From contig CAUYUJ010000286.1 in the NCBI GenBank assembly GCA_963575745.1, positions 1 to 64,000 on the forward strand: a stretch of DNA of 64,000 bases. Direction: 5' to 3'. The notes under the pieces are model-generated. The model worked only from the letters and a program-made list of their open reading frames with translations, searched no databases and was not told the DNA's origin. Source of the stretch: Prorocentrum cordatum (taxonomy: Eukaryota). Position 1 is the first letter of the stretch, and each line of letters starts with the position of its first letter. This document shows positions 10,508 through 19,545 of the stretch, one piece after another. The position numbers were made by a program, and so were the translations under genes.

Positions 10508-11857
10508 ATGGACGACTGGTCCATGCTCGTGATAGACACGCCGCCCCAGCAGCGGAAGCCCAAGGCCAAGGCGGCACCGAAGCCCAAGGCCAACGGGCGC
10601 CCGGCGCAGTTCGTCGTTCGGAAGTCGCCAGCAGCCGCTGTTCCGATCAAGAAGTCCAAGCGCTCGATGGCGCCGCCGGTCACGACAAGGAAGCCTGCCG
10701 TCTCAGACTCGCGCGGCGCCGGCAAGAAGTGGAAGGCCCCAGATGTCGTCGTTCTCCGGGACATTGATCTTGAGAGGGTGGTCTTGACGGGCGAAACGGA
10801 TGGCAAGATTCTGTTCGGCAGTGATTGCGCGGGCATCGACACTGCTAAGCTCGCCTTGGAGTTGCTCGGCATTGGCAACTCCATTGTGCACGTGTTCGCA
10901 TCGGAAATTGACTTCGCCACGCGCAAGGTTATCATTGCCAGCCACCCCGACTTGTGCGTGCTCTATGGAGACATAACCACCCGCGATAACGCGGCGGTCC
11001 CGCGGGTGGACTTGTACATCATCGGATTCCCTTGCCAGCCGTTCTCTGTGCAGGGCATCCACGCGGGGATTGCAGATCCTCAAGGCCGAGGCATCGTGGT
11101 GTTTTTCGCCCTAAACTACATCCAGACCAAGCTACCGACGGTGTTCGTCTTGGAGAACGTTGAAGCCCTGACTCACCAGAGGTTCCAGGAGGAGCTGAAT
11201 GCCATCTTGAACTTTCTCGTCAGCCTCAAAGGCCCCGACGGTACCCCCGCGTACACTGTGAGCATGTCCGTCCTCGACACGTTGAAGGTCGGTGGCTTGC
11301 CGCAATCACGGCGCCGATTGTACATCACAGGAGTGCTGTCCAAGAAGTCCAATGTGCACACGAGTTGGCCGAGCGAGATCCCATACACGCCAATCGAACA
11401 GATCTTGGACAAGCATTCGGACAAGCTCGGCACCTTGCCAGTCCATGACTACCAGATCCACAACTTCACCCGCCTGGTGGACAAACTGTCTCAACATCAA
11501 GACATATTCGCCAAGACCAACATGCTCATCGCCGAGCTTGACTGCGGCAAGACCAGGTCGCCGCAATACGGCTGGGGGTACGCTCCGTGTTTGACGCGCA
11601 ACCGGTCTGGCGGTGGGGGCTTCTGGATCTTTGCCAAGCACCGATTCATGACGCTGAACGAGCTCGAGCGCCTTCAAGGGATCCCCCCGGGCCGCATCAA
11701 CTACGAGGACGCGTGCAGTCCCCGCCAGTACGCTCAGATGATCGGGAATGCATTCTCTGTCAGCGTCGTCGGCCGCCTCACGAGGAACCTTCTTGTGCAG
11801 GCTGGTTTTTTCAAGCGGCTCGCTGACCCGTGGCGGAGAGGCAGCAGTTCTGCATGA
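10508..11857 (+). CDS. C5-cytosine DNA methyltransferase, intact and intronless
   Basis: All motifs in order: I FGSDCAG (variant), II FASEID, III GDIT, IV GFPCQPFS (catalytic Cys), VI FVLENV, VIII GGLPQSRRRLY, IX RFMTLNELERLQG, X QMIGNAFSV. Basic KPKAKAAPKPKA N-terminus. Confidence 0.95.
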   Translation: MDDWSMLVIDTPPQQRKPKAKAAPKPKANGRPAQFVVRKSPAAAVPIKKSKRSMAPPVTTRKPAVSDSRGAGKKWKAPDVVVLRDIDLERVVLTGETDGKILFGSDCAGIDTAKLALELLGIGNSIVHVFASEIDFATRKVIIASHPDLCVLYGDITTRDNAAVPRVDLYIIGFPCQPFSVQGIHAGIADPQGRGIVVFFALNYIQTKLPTVFVLENVEALTHQRFQEELNAILNFLVSLKGPDGTPAYTVSMSVLDTLKVGGLPQSRRRLYITGVLSKKSNVHTSWPSEIPYTPIEQILDKHSDKLGTLPVHDYQIHNFTRLVDKLSQHQDIFAKTNMLIAELDCGKTRSPQYGWGYAPCLTRNRSGGGGFWIFAKHRFMTLNELERLQGIPPGRINYEDACSPRQYAQMIGNAFSVSVVGRLTRNLLVQAGFFKRLADPWRRGSSSA

Positions 11858-11892
11858 CGCCTCGCCTCGGCGCGCAACGATGAACGGCGGCC

Positions 11893-13105
11893 GGCATATG
11901 TGCATACGTAAGTGTGCGTGCATGTGGGTGTGTACCTACATACATACGCATGAGTGTGTGTATATATGTGTATGCGCATGTATATTATACATACATACAT
12001 ACGCATGTGTGTATGTATGTATGTATGTATACATACATACATACATGCATACATACATACATTTATGTGTATATGTATACATACATACATGCATACACAT
12101 GTATATACATGCATACATAGGGTATGTATGTATGTATACATACATACACATGTATATACATACATACATAGGGTATGTATGTATGTGTACATACATACAT
12201 AGGGAGGCCCATCAACCCGACGAAACCCCGTTTGCGCGCGAACGGGGTGTCGTCAACATTGAGCGCTCAATGTTGACGAAACTTGGTGGGCTCAGGGCGC
12301 CCTTAAGGGTATGCGCGGAGGCGCGGGGCGGCCCAGCAGCCTGACGAAACCCCGATCGCGCGCGATCGGGGTTTCGTCAACATTGAGCGCTCAATGTTGA
12401 CGAAACTCGGTGCGCGGGCCCTGCGGGGTGTGACGAAACCCCGATCGCGCGCGATCGGGGTTTCGTCAACGTCCACCGGTCGCCCAGGAGCGCGCGCGCA
12501 CCGAGTTTCGTCAACATTGAGCGCTCAATGTTGACGAAACCCCGATCGCGCGCGATCGGGGTTTCGTCAGCTGGCGACTTCTGCCAGCGGTCCTGGAATC
12601 AGGCCTTTAAGGTATCTGGTATTCGCCGCCCGTCGGGGCTCTGAGTGGTGTCTGTTGCGACTCAGACAGTCGGGGCCGGCGTGAGAAAACGTCAACGCTC
12701 CTTTGCCATCTTCAACCGTCGCCATCGTCAGCCCCCCCCCGTGTCTGTTAAGTCGCTACCATTTGATCATCATGGTCATCAGCCATGATCATCATCATCA
12801 TCATGATCATCATCATGACGATCATCATCATCACCATCGATCATCATCATCATCATCAACACATGACTATAATATACTATAATCACAATGATAATCATAC
12901 TCCACCCCGTGCGATGCGATGGCGACGCGACGATGATGGCGGCGGCGGGCATATGCGCATACGTAAGTGTGCGTGCATGTGGGTGGGTACATACACACAT
13001 ACGCATGAGTGTGTGTATATGTGTATTCGCATGCATATGTACACATACATACATACATACGCATGCGTGTATGTGCATGTGTATGCGCACGCATGTATGC
13101 ATGTA
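11893..13105 (+). repeat. Two related (TACA/TATG)-rich segments (11893-12200 and 12947-13105) flanking the palindrome array
   Basis: Both start GGCATATG.GCATACGTAAGTGTGCGTGCATGTGGGTG and run into alternating purine-pyrimidine microsatellite. Confidence 0.8.
12219..12570. repeat. Nested perfect palindrome / inverted-repeat array
   Basis: 76-bp perfect inverted repeat (12341-12416 vs 12495-12570). Each arm is made of a 38-bp palindrome TGACGAAACCCCGATCGCGCGCGATCGGGGTTTCGTCA overlapping a 36-bp palindrome GTTTCGTCAACATTGAGCGCTCAATGTTGACGAAAC. A third 38-bp copy lies in the spacer (12431-12468) and a degenerate copy at 12219-12282. Confidence 0.95.
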
Positions 13106-13492
13106 TGAGGAGGAGGAAGAGGAGGAGGAGGAGCAGGAGGAGGATGTGCACCAGCAGGAGGAGGAGGACGACGACGACGACGACGAAACGATTTTTCAGG
13201 CTAAAAAGCCGCAGCCGCTGGCTGCTAAATTCTCTGAATGTCTGAACTGACTTCCTTCTCCTCCTCCTCCTCCCTCCTCCTCCTCCTCCTCCTCTCTCCT
13301 CGTCGCTCTCCCCCCTCCCTCCCTCCTCCTCTCCTGCTCCTTTCCCCATCCACCTCCGCCTCCCCCCTCCTCCTCCTCATCCCCCTCATCCCCCTCATCC
13401 TCCTCCTCCTCCTCCCCCCTCTGCCGCGGGAAGGCTGGCACAGCCAGCGCACGCACAGAAAGGCGGAGGTGGAGGGAGGAGCACAAACAGGC

Positions 13493-14858
13493 TTAGGCGC
13501 CTCCCGCCCTCCTGGCGATGTCCGCCTCTAGAATCTCGCGCCTGCCGCGGGCGTCGAGTGCCATGCGGCTCAGCCGCCCCTCTGCGGCCATCCTCTTCTC
13601 CATGATGCGTTGCGCGACGCCGGTCCAGTCCTCGAAGTAGCCGTGCAATTGGTAGATGGGAAGCCCTTTTCCCTGTCAGGCCCCCACCCTGCCCCCTATT
13701 CCCTTTCCCCCACCTCCGAGGGGGGGGGGCGGGGATATAAGGGCAGAGGGGGGAGCTTACCTGTATTGTTGTCCTCCCCCGTCCTCGTACAACTTGCGAC
13801 GCCAAGAGTGCGCCCAAGCCTGGGGAGAAGGGAATTGACACCACCACCACCACCAGTGACCAACAGCGCGAGGAGCCAGAGGGCGGGGATATACTATCAC
13901 CGCCCTACTCCCCGAGGCGGGGATATATTATCCCCGCCTTGGGCAGGGGCATCATGGGCATCCTCGCTGGAGGTGGCCCCCCTGGCGGTGGGGGCGTCGC
14001 TTCTCCTTGCCAACCGCGCCTGTGAATTTTTCTGGCGATCCGACCACTGGGCCTCCGCCTCCTTCTCCTCGCGCATCAGCACCTCCAGCGATTGGCATGG
14101 GTCCTCCTTCTTCGCGCGAGGCCCTGCTGGCACTGGCCCTTGGGTACTGGCTTCGCCGCCTCCTTCGCCTCAGCGAGGAGGCCCCGCTGCTGGCCCTTCT
14201 GGTGCTGGGCCTTCTGGTCCAGGCCCTGCTGGTCACCGTCCTGCTGATAGCCCTGCTGCTGGCACTGGCCCTTCTGGTGCTGGCCCTGCTGGTAGCCCTG
14301 CTGGTCCTGGCACTTCTGGTGGTAGCCCTGCTGGCCCAGGGCTAGCAGGAGGGCCAGTTCCTTCGCCTTCGCCTTCACGAAACCCGCGAGGTCGGGCTCC
14401 TTCTTCGCGAGGCCTGGCTCCGCCGCCTGCTCCTCCTTCGCCTCCGCGAGGGCCTTCTGGTGCTGGACCTTATGGTCCAGGCCCTGCTGGTCACCGTCCT
14501 GCTGGTAGCCCTGCTGGTCCTGGCCCTGCTGGCGCTGGCCCTGCTGGTAGCCCTGGTGGTGGTAGCCCTGCTGGTAACCCTGCTGGTACTGGCCCTCCTG
14601 CTGGTAGTCATGCTCCTCCACCTCTTTCGCCTCCGTGAGGCCCGGCTCCGCGAGGAGGTATGGATCCCCCACCGCATTGTTGAGGAGATGAGCGGGCGGC
14701 GGCCCAGGAGGCGGCGTCGGCTCCAGCTTCACCTTCTTTCTGAGATGAACGGGCGGCGACCCCGGTGGTGGCCTCGGCCCAGCCTTGCAGCGCAGTGCAG
14801 GAGGCCGCATCGGCGGGGCCCTGTCGGGAGGCGGCGGGGGCCTGGGCGGCGGCAACAT
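13493..14858 (-). pseudogene. Putative spliced gene for a Pro-rich/Gln-rich (YQQG repeat) protein, with frame disruptions
   Basis: ORF 14076-14858 appears to continue in another frame (KKEDPCQSLEVLMREEKEAEAQW) after an extra CG near 14115. Further exon-like blocks at ~13761-13819 (GTAAG donor) and 13493-13672 (GKGLPIYQLHGYFEDWTGVAQRIME...). Phases do not join cleanly. Confidence 0.4.
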
Positions 14859-15198
14859 TCTGACGCCCCGCCTCCGAGAGCCGCTTGATGAAGAAGAGGA
14901 AGAGGTGGAGACGGGGGAGGAGGAGGAGGAGATTCCCTCTTCCTCCTCCTTCTCCTCCTCATCCTCCTCCTCCTACTCCTCCTCCCCCCCCCCTCGCTCT
15001 CCTCCTCCTGCCATCCTCCGAGGGGCGCGGAGATCATAACATCATAACATAGCGCATAACACATATCGTCATAGCGTCATAGCGTCTCGCGCCTCGCGGC
15101 CAATGCCTGGAAGCCTGGAAAGCCGCCTTCCTCGAGAGGGGCGGCGCGAGGGCGCGAAGATGACCAGATAACCGCACTATGAGTTTTGACAGTGCTCA

Positions 15199-15224
15199 TC
15201 CGCAGCCGTTTGGGCTTCCTCAAG
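15199..15224 (+). other. Relict spliced leader upstream of the dioxygenase
   Basis: TCCGCAGCCGTTTGGGCT[TCCT]CAAG, 19/22 to DinoSL with a 4-nt insertion. Confidence 0.7.
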
Positions 15225-15265
15225 GCGCAGACGCCAGCAGCTCAAGGCTGCACCCGCGCCGTGCC

Positions 15266-16402
15266 ATGGAGCCATATGTTATGGGCGTCGCCATGTGTGC
15301 CGTAGGCATGGTCGTGGGCGCCATGTGTGCCGCGAAAGTGCTCAGGCTCGCGGGAGACAGGCTCGCCGTGCACGGGCCCGAAGCGTCCGAGAACTGGTCC
15401 GACGATCCCGAGCCGCCGGAGTCGCCGTCGTCGATCCTCCTGTCTGCAGCTACTGCTGACCCGAGAATTCCTTGGCGGACCCGGTGGTCCCAGCGCCGGG
15501 CGCCAGCGCCCGCAGGGTCGCCGCCGAATGGCCCGGTGAGTCCTGCAGCCCCCGCCCTGGCGGACGCGGTGGTGAACGCGTCGGCGCGGCCGCCGCCGAG
15601 CACGCCTCCGCCGAGCGTACCCAGGCCCCCAGCAGGGCCGCCGCCGTCGGCCCTGCAGATACCGCCGCCGCCGCCGAGGGTGCCCGCGCCGCCAGCAGGG
15701 CCGCCTCCAGGTGTGTTCTTTGCGGAGACCGTGGCGCAACGTGCAGATGGGGATGCGGCATGGCGTTTCTTCATGGATCACGGCTTCGTCGTGATCGACC
15801 TCGGCCTGGACGCCGAGGACTTGCTCGCCTTGCACAGAGTTTCTGTCGACATGGCGTTGTTGGCGCCCATGCCTGCCACGAAGCACAATCGTGGGACGGG
15901 GCGCACGTGCGTCAACAGTATTCAGAATATCTACCGCGGCGCTTGGCAAGAGGCTCTCAAGATCATCTTGCGACGTCATCAGACCTCGTTTGTGCTGGCG
16001 GAGTTGGTCAAGGCCTACAACATCAAGTTTCACGATTGCGGCGGTGACTACGTCGAGCAAGGTGTGGACGACGCCACCGAGCTCGCTCACAGGAACCCGT
16101 GCGATTGGCATCGGGACTGCAACTACTACCTGCAATGGTTCTGCATATCAGTCCTGACGGCGGAAACAGACCTCCGACATGGACCGCTGTTTCTGGAGAG
16201 CTGGAGTACCAACAAGGAACAGGTGATTTTCCTAGGCAAGCCTGGGCTTTGTGTAATTAGAGATGTGTGGAACTTGCACCGCGGCAGTGCAAACACATCC
16301 CGCATGCCGCGGGCGATGCCCAGTTTCCGCTTCTGCACTGGCAACAATGCCAGGCCAGATGCTATGACCCCCCAGGACCTTCTAGAGTTCATTGGTCTAT
16401 AG
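15266..16402 (+). CDS. 2-oxoglutarate/Fe(II)-dependent dioxygenase, PhyH-like, with N-terminal hydrophobic helix and Pro-rich linker
   Basis: FFMDHGFVVIDL domain start, HxD in DWHRDC, GPLFL, distal His and 2OG-binding Arg in GKPGLCVIRDVWNLHRGSANTSRMPR. Confidence 0.85.
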   Translation: MEPYVMGVAMCAVGMVVGAMCAAKVLRLAGDRLAVHGPEASENWSDDPEPPESPSSILLSAATADPRIPWRTRWSQRRAPAPAGSPPNGPVSPAAPALADAVVNASARPPPSTPPPSVPRPPAGPPPSALQIPPPPPRVPAPPAGPPPGVFFAETVAQRADGDAAWRFFMDHGFVVIDLGLDAEDLLALHRVSVDMALLAPMPATKHNRGTGRTCVNSIQNIYRGAWQEALKIILRRHQTSFVLAELVKAYNIKFHDCGGDYVEQGVDDATELAHRNPCDWHRDCNYYLQWFCISVLTAETDLRHGPLFLESWSTNKEQVIFLGKPGLCVIRDVWNLHRGSANTSRMPRAMPSFRFCTGNNARPDAMTPQDLLEFIGL

Positions 16403-16761
16403 ACATCTGTGAGGGAATGGCCCACAAGGGGCCCCATTACACCATACTTCGAATGGCCCACCTGCGGCCCGTGCAGCGTGCATCTCAGCGCGAATTGATT
16501 TGCGCCAACAGAAGGTCTCAGCCATATGTCAGGCTGAACGACCGAGTATCCTTTAGTGTGCATCTCTGCCGGCAGAGTTTTCGATAGCTGTTGCCATGTC
16601 TGTTTGCATGCACGCTCGCAGAGCGAACCGACCTTGCCTCGGGCAAGCCTTGGAGTGAAAAGAAGTGCAGCCTCTCTCTTCAGCGCTGGTGAGCGGTGTC
16701 GTCTGCCTCGCGGGGTCGGGCCAAACAAATAGCTATCGACACCCCAGGCTAAAATACCGAA

Positions 16762-17520
16762 GCGGTTTTAAGCGGAACCCCAGGAAACGCGAGGTGTGCT
16801 GGGCTCCCTCCCCTCCTCCTCCCCCCCCTCCCCCCCCTCCTCCTCCCCCTCCTCATCCTTCTCCTCCTACCTACCTACTAGTCAGTTTGAATCAGTGCCG
16901 CATCCTCCTCTGCCTCCCTCCCTCCTCCCTCCGTCCCTCCTCCCTCCCTCCTCTCCTCTCCACTCCACCGCCTCATTTCATCTCCTCCCCTCCGCCTCCC
17001 TGGCCATCGTGTGCAGGACAAGAGCATCCTCTCCTCTCGTCCGCCTCCTCTTCTCCGCCATCTCCTCTAAGGCATAATCCGTGCCAGCTGCTTCGGCTGA
17101 CCCATCCGCCCTCAGCTGCTTCGGCTGACCCATGCTCCACCCCCGCCCAGCTTCAGAAGACTTCGACACGACCATCCGTAACAACGGATGATATGTCTAA
17201 GGCTGATTGCCCAAAATGGGCGTTGGGGGGCATGCGAACCCTGTGGCCGAACCGGCCAACAAACGTTAAACGAGGCCGAACCAGCCAGCCCGACTGGCGC
17301 CGTCTCTTCAAAACGAGGACCCAACACCACAGGGTGGTTGGGAAAGCGACCTCCATCCGTGTAATTTCCGAAGCTGTTAAGACGAAGTGATGAAGATGGG
17401 AGGAGGGAGGGGGCAGCGGGAAGAAGGTGGGAACGCGGGGCGCTGTCTCTTCAAAACGAGGACCCAACACCACAGGATGGTTGGGAAAAAAGCCCTGCTG
17501 GGACCCCTCCTCCCTCCTCA
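16762..17520 (+). repeat. ~760-bp dispersed direct repeat, copy 2
   Basis: Near-identical to 9206-9965. Bracketed by a 35-bp direct repeat (16703-16737 / 17532-17566, 33/35 identical). Confidence 0.95.
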
Positions 17521-17593
17521 TCCTCCTCCTCCTGCCTCGTGGGGTCGGGCCAAGCAAATAGCTATCTTTAGGCGAGATATACCCATTGTAATA

Positions 17594-17625
17594 TAGCTTT
17601 TTTGGTTCGAGCATTTTGCTCGAAG
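17594..17625 (+). other. Tandem relict spliced leaders
   Basis: TAGCTTTTTTGGTTCGAG (14/18) followed directly by a 5'-truncated CATTTTGCTCGAAG, the tandem arrangement known for recycled dinoflagellate mRNAs. Confidence 0.65.
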
Positions 17626-17687
17626 ACCCACGCAGTCAGGCACATCACTTTACTACAACATCAAATCACTTTACTACTACATCAACG

Positions 17688-18461
17688 ATGGACGCTTCGT
17701 GGGAACCCCCTCAGCAGGTCAGGCTGCAGAACGGGGCATGGAGGCCGGCTCCTTGGTGCAAGTGGGTAAATGATAACTGGCGGTGTTACATGTGCAGCAG
17801 CAAGGGCGTTTGCATGACTCCAGAACATATTGCATCTGAGCTCCACGTGCGGCGCACGGACGTCAAGTGTGGCTACTGTTACACGTACACACGTGAGTTC
17901 GGGTCGAGGATCGAGGAAGTGTGGACGCGCGAGGACTCTATCCGTGCTGCTGAGCCTGATCAGCCTGACACGCAGGACGCCGTCGCTCCTCCAGCGCTCC
18001 CCGGTGGTCCTGCAGGGCTCCCCGACCCCGCGGCCCAGGGTCAGCTCGCCGGTGGCGTTGTCCAGGCCCCGCTGCCCGGTGCTCCAGGGCTCGTCGCGAC
18101 GCAGCCGACGCCCCCGAAGATCGACGCGATGCAGACGACGCTCGATGCGAAGATCGACGCGATGCAGACGACGCTCGATGCGAAGCTCGATGCGCTGCAG
18201 AGGACGCTCGACAGGCTGGACGTTATGCAGACTGCAGTGGACTCGAAGCTCGAGAGGCTCGAGGCTGCAGCGGAATCGTTGCAGACCAACGTGGACGCGA
18301 AGCTGAAGGGGCTTGGCACTGCAGTGGACTCGTGGCAGACTGTAGTGGACGCGAAGCTGGCCGCGGTGACTGAGAAACTCGATAAGATCGATAGGATGTT
18401 CACGAGTCCACCGCGCGGAATGGGAGCGGTGGCTGCGCGGGCTGCGCGCGAGGCCTCGTAG
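17688..18461 (+). CDS. U1/matrin-type C2H2 zinc-finger protein with C-terminal 11-residue-repeat coiled coil
   Basis: CYMCSSKGVCMTPEHIASELH (CxxC...HxxSxxH), Pro-rich linker, KIDAMQTTLDA repeats. Confidence 0.75.
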   Translation: MDASWEPPQQVRLQNGAWRPAPWCKWVNDNWRCYMCSSKGVCMTPEHIASELHVRRTDVKCGYCYTYTREFGSRIEEVWTREDSIRAAEPDQPDTQDAVAPPALPGGPAGLPDPAAQGQLAGGVVQAPLPGAPGLVATQPTPPKIDAMQTTLDAKIDAMQTTLDAKLDALQRTLDRLDVMQTAVDSKLERLEAAAESLQTNVDAKLKGLGTAVDSWQTVVDAKLAAVTEKLDKIDRMFTSPPRGMGAVAARAAREAS

Positions 18462-18589
18462 CGTTGCTGGCCTGTTGCCTGGAAGGAAGAAGATGGAGGA
18501 GGAGGAGGAGACGGGGAGGGAGGGAGGAGAGGGAGGGAGGAGGAGCAGGGAAGACATGTTGAATAGACGGCGCTCGCATTTTCCCTGTC

Positions 18590-19180
18590 AGCCTAGGCGG
18601 CGCAGGACGTTATGCAGCGCACTCGTTGTTAGATCTGCGATAGGGCATCCTAAGGAGCCCGATTGCAGCTTGAATCCTGAGGTAGCCTAGCCAGCGCGAC
18701 GAATAGGCAGAGCGCCGGCGTACCAGAACGCCCCTCATCGCCATCCTGATCCTCATCCTCATTATCATCACAACAACATCACAACAGCACCGCCACTTGA
18801 GGATCCCAAGCTGGAGGAGGAGGAGAAGGCGGTTCTCCTCCTGACACCTGGTGGATGAAGCAATGTCGATACCGCTGGATGACACTCGTCGCCGCGGCTG
18901 GATTCGCCTCGAGATTCTGATCCGAACGCGCCCCGGGCGAGGTCCAGCGAGTAGCGGTATCGATGTTGCTTCGAGTAGTGAGTGAGTGAGTGTGTGTGTG
19001 TGTGCGTGCGTGTGTGCGTGCGTGCGTGGTTAGCCCCCCCCTCGTCCTCCTCTAATGTCATGCATTGCAGCAACATGTTCTTAACGCTGTAGAACATGTT
19101 GGCGTCAGGGGCACCAGTAATGATGAGCTGCATGGAGTGCAGGATAGACTCTATTAACTTTTTTGTTGTTGCATTGGCTT
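18590..19180 (-). CDS. Putative small spliced gene or pseudogene of unknown function
   Basis: Exon-like blocks KKLIESILHSMQLIITGAPDANMFYSVKNMLLQCM (~19040-19175), NIDTATRWTSPGARSDQNLEANPAAATSVIQRYRHCFIHQ (~18848-18968) and DGDEGRSGTPALCLFVAL (~18690-18745), separated by simple-repeat introns. Middle block is 39/45 nt identical to 3799-3843. Confidence 0.35.
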
Positions 19181-19545
19181 TTCACCCAGCTTGCCTGCGT
19201 GAATCGTCGTCATCGCCGAACCTCGCCGAACCTCCTCTCCCTCTCCTCCTCCTCATCCTCCTTCCTCGTCGTCCGACGACGCGGAGGCTCGAGCGGGGCC
19301 GGCCCGCCCCGGCCTCGCGGAAGCCCTCGGCCGCCTCGGCCTCGCCAGCCCCTGCGGCGCGCGCCGGCCGGCCGTCTCTCCTCCCGCCGCCCTCCTCCTC
19401 CTCTCCTCGTCTCCACCACCACGATTTCCTCGACCTCCTCCACCGCCTCTCTCCTCCCCCCTCCTCCTCCTGACCTCCTTCACCGCCCCCCTTTCCTTAG
19501 ACCACCCCTCGCTTCCTGGCTGACGCCAGACTCCATCTGCCGGCA

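Noticed and set aside
10508..11857. Bacterial restriction-modification system or contaminant
   Set aside because: No endonuclease or operon structure. Neighbours have spliceosomal-type introns, SL relics and host microsatellites.
12341..12570. Hammerhead ribozyme (CTGACGA and GACGAAAC strings)
   Set aside because: CUGANGA and GAAA overlap in one motif, and I could not build stems I-III around a cleavage triplet. The palindromes explain the strings.
15266..16402. TET/JBP family assignment
   Set aside because: The motif pattern (GFVVI, HRGSAN.S..R) fits PhyH-like enzymes, and TET/JBP-specific features were not recognised.
9206..17520. LTR retrotransposon
   Set aside because: The direct repeats lack TG...CA ends and PBS/PPT, and no gag, RT or integrase lies between them.
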